From Thermoplasmatota archaeon (GTDB lineage Archaea; Thermoplasmatota; Poseidoniia; Poseidoniales; Poseidoniaceae): a stretch of 64,000 nucleotides of DNA. The position numbers and the translations under genes are program-made. A model generated the notes under the pieces. It had not been told where the DNA came from. It searched no databases and was given only the letters and a program-made list of their open reading frames with translations. Location of the stretch: assembly GCA_036160375.1 (NCBI GenBank), contig JAYYDY010000035.1:13033-77032 (forward strand). The letters run 5' to 3'. Of the stretch, positions 63,167 through 64,000 are shown piece after piece; positions within the stretch are counted from its first letter, which is position 1, and each line of letters starts with the position of its first letter.

Positions 63167-64000
63167 ATGCGTGTTGCCGTTCTGAAGGAAGACAATTGTC
63201 AACCGAAGAAGTGCAACGACGAGTGTCAGGTGTTCTGCCCTCCGGTCCGAAACGGGCAGGAATGCATCATCATGGATGAGAACACGGGCAAGCCGCACAT
63301 TTCGGAAAGCCTCTGCATTGGATGCGGTATTTGCATCAACAAGTGCCCGCATGACGCCTTGATCATCGAGAACCTTCCCAGCGAACTCGAAACCGACATG
63401 ATCCATCGGTATTCCATGAACGGGTTCCGTCTCTTCCGGTTGCCCACGCCGTCCAAGGAAAGCGTGGTGGGGATTCTCGGGCCCAACGGCATGGGGAAAT
63501 CGACAGCCATCAGTGCGCTCTCTGGGCGAATGATTCCCAACCTCGGCGACTGGTTGAACCAAGAAGCGCAATGGGACGAGGTCATCGACTCGCTGCCCAA
63601 AGGTGAGCTGCGAGACTTTTTCATCGCTGTCCAGGACGGCAAAATTCGGGTCGCAGTGAAACCCCAAAACGTGGATCGTCTTCCAAAAAGAATCACAGGA
63701 ACCGTCGCTGACCTCCTGAGCAAGGTCGACGAACGAGGTCTGCTGGAAGCGACCACTCGCTCGTTGGGGATTGACCACCTGATGGACCGAACGGTCCAGC
63801 AACTTTCGGGTGGTGAATTGCAACGCATGGCGATCGCTGCGACGATTTTGCGTGATGTGGACGTCTACTTCTTTGACGAACCCTCCTCCTACCTTGACAT
63901 CCACGAACGCATGCGCATCGTTCGCATCATTCAGGCCTTGGCTGAAACCAAACGGGTCATCGTGATCGAACACGACTTGGCCGTCCTCGACGTCTTGGCG
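63167..64000 (+). CDS. rli: Ribosome recycling ATPase ABCE1/RLI, 3'-partial (absent from the ORF track)
   Basis: Read from the DNA: MRVAV..CQPKKC..C..FCP, CIGCGICINKCP, GPNGMGKST, LSGGELQR, FDEPSSYLD, IEHDL. Confidence 0.95.
   Translation, partial: MRVAVLKEDNCQPKKCNDECQVFCPPVRNGQECIIMDENTGKPHISESLCIGCGICINKCPHDALIIENLPSELETDMIHRYSMNGFRLFRLPTPSKESVVGILGPNGMGKSTAISALSGRMIPNLGDWLNQEAQWDEVIDSLPKGELRDFFIAVQDGKIRVAVKPQNVDRLPKRITGTVADLLSKVDERGLLEATTRSLGIDHLMDRTVQQLSGGELQRMAIAATILRDVDVYFFDEPSSYLDIHERMRIVRIIQALAETKRVIVIEHDLAVLDVLA

Noticed and set aside
63155..63973. 272-aa minus-strand ORF
   Set aside because: Shadow of the plus-strand ABCE1/RLI gene, which the ORF track missed because it runs off the window

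Overview
Dense, GC-rich archaeal chromosomal segment with about 53 CDS. I saw no rRNA, tRNA, CRISPR array, integrase or transposase. Archaeal informational genes (eIF2-gamma, S6e, Orc1/Cdc6, Dph2, Hel308, Cgi121, RPA, L10e/uL16, ABCE1) sit alongside bacterial-type genes (gyrB-gyrA, mutS-mutL, a class II CCA-adding enzyme), large membrane-anchored surface peptidases with PKD domains, and isoprenoid genes. This mix best fits a Thermoplasmatota Marine Group II (Poseidoniales)-like genome, which is an inference, not a search result. The strongest candidate for an undescribed system is a co-oriented cluster at 42.5-49.9 kb: RPA, RPA partner, a small phage-hub-like ORF, two TadB/C-like membrane proteins and a TadA/CpaF ATPase, facing a triple-SAP-domain protein, with an orphan type IV pilin about 5 kb away. 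It could be a DNA-uptake or DNA-handling pilus. Other leads: a RadA/BRC-like FxxA motif inserted in Hel308, a PCNA PIP box on bacterial-type MutS, a membrane-anchored Smr-like protein, a GcvH without the lipoyl-Lys, a degenerate HemC, a minimal SerK-like protein, and four convergent gene junctions that are exactly TGATCA. All calls come from motifs recognised by eye. Several start codons were moved from the ORF track to more plausible downstream ATGs.
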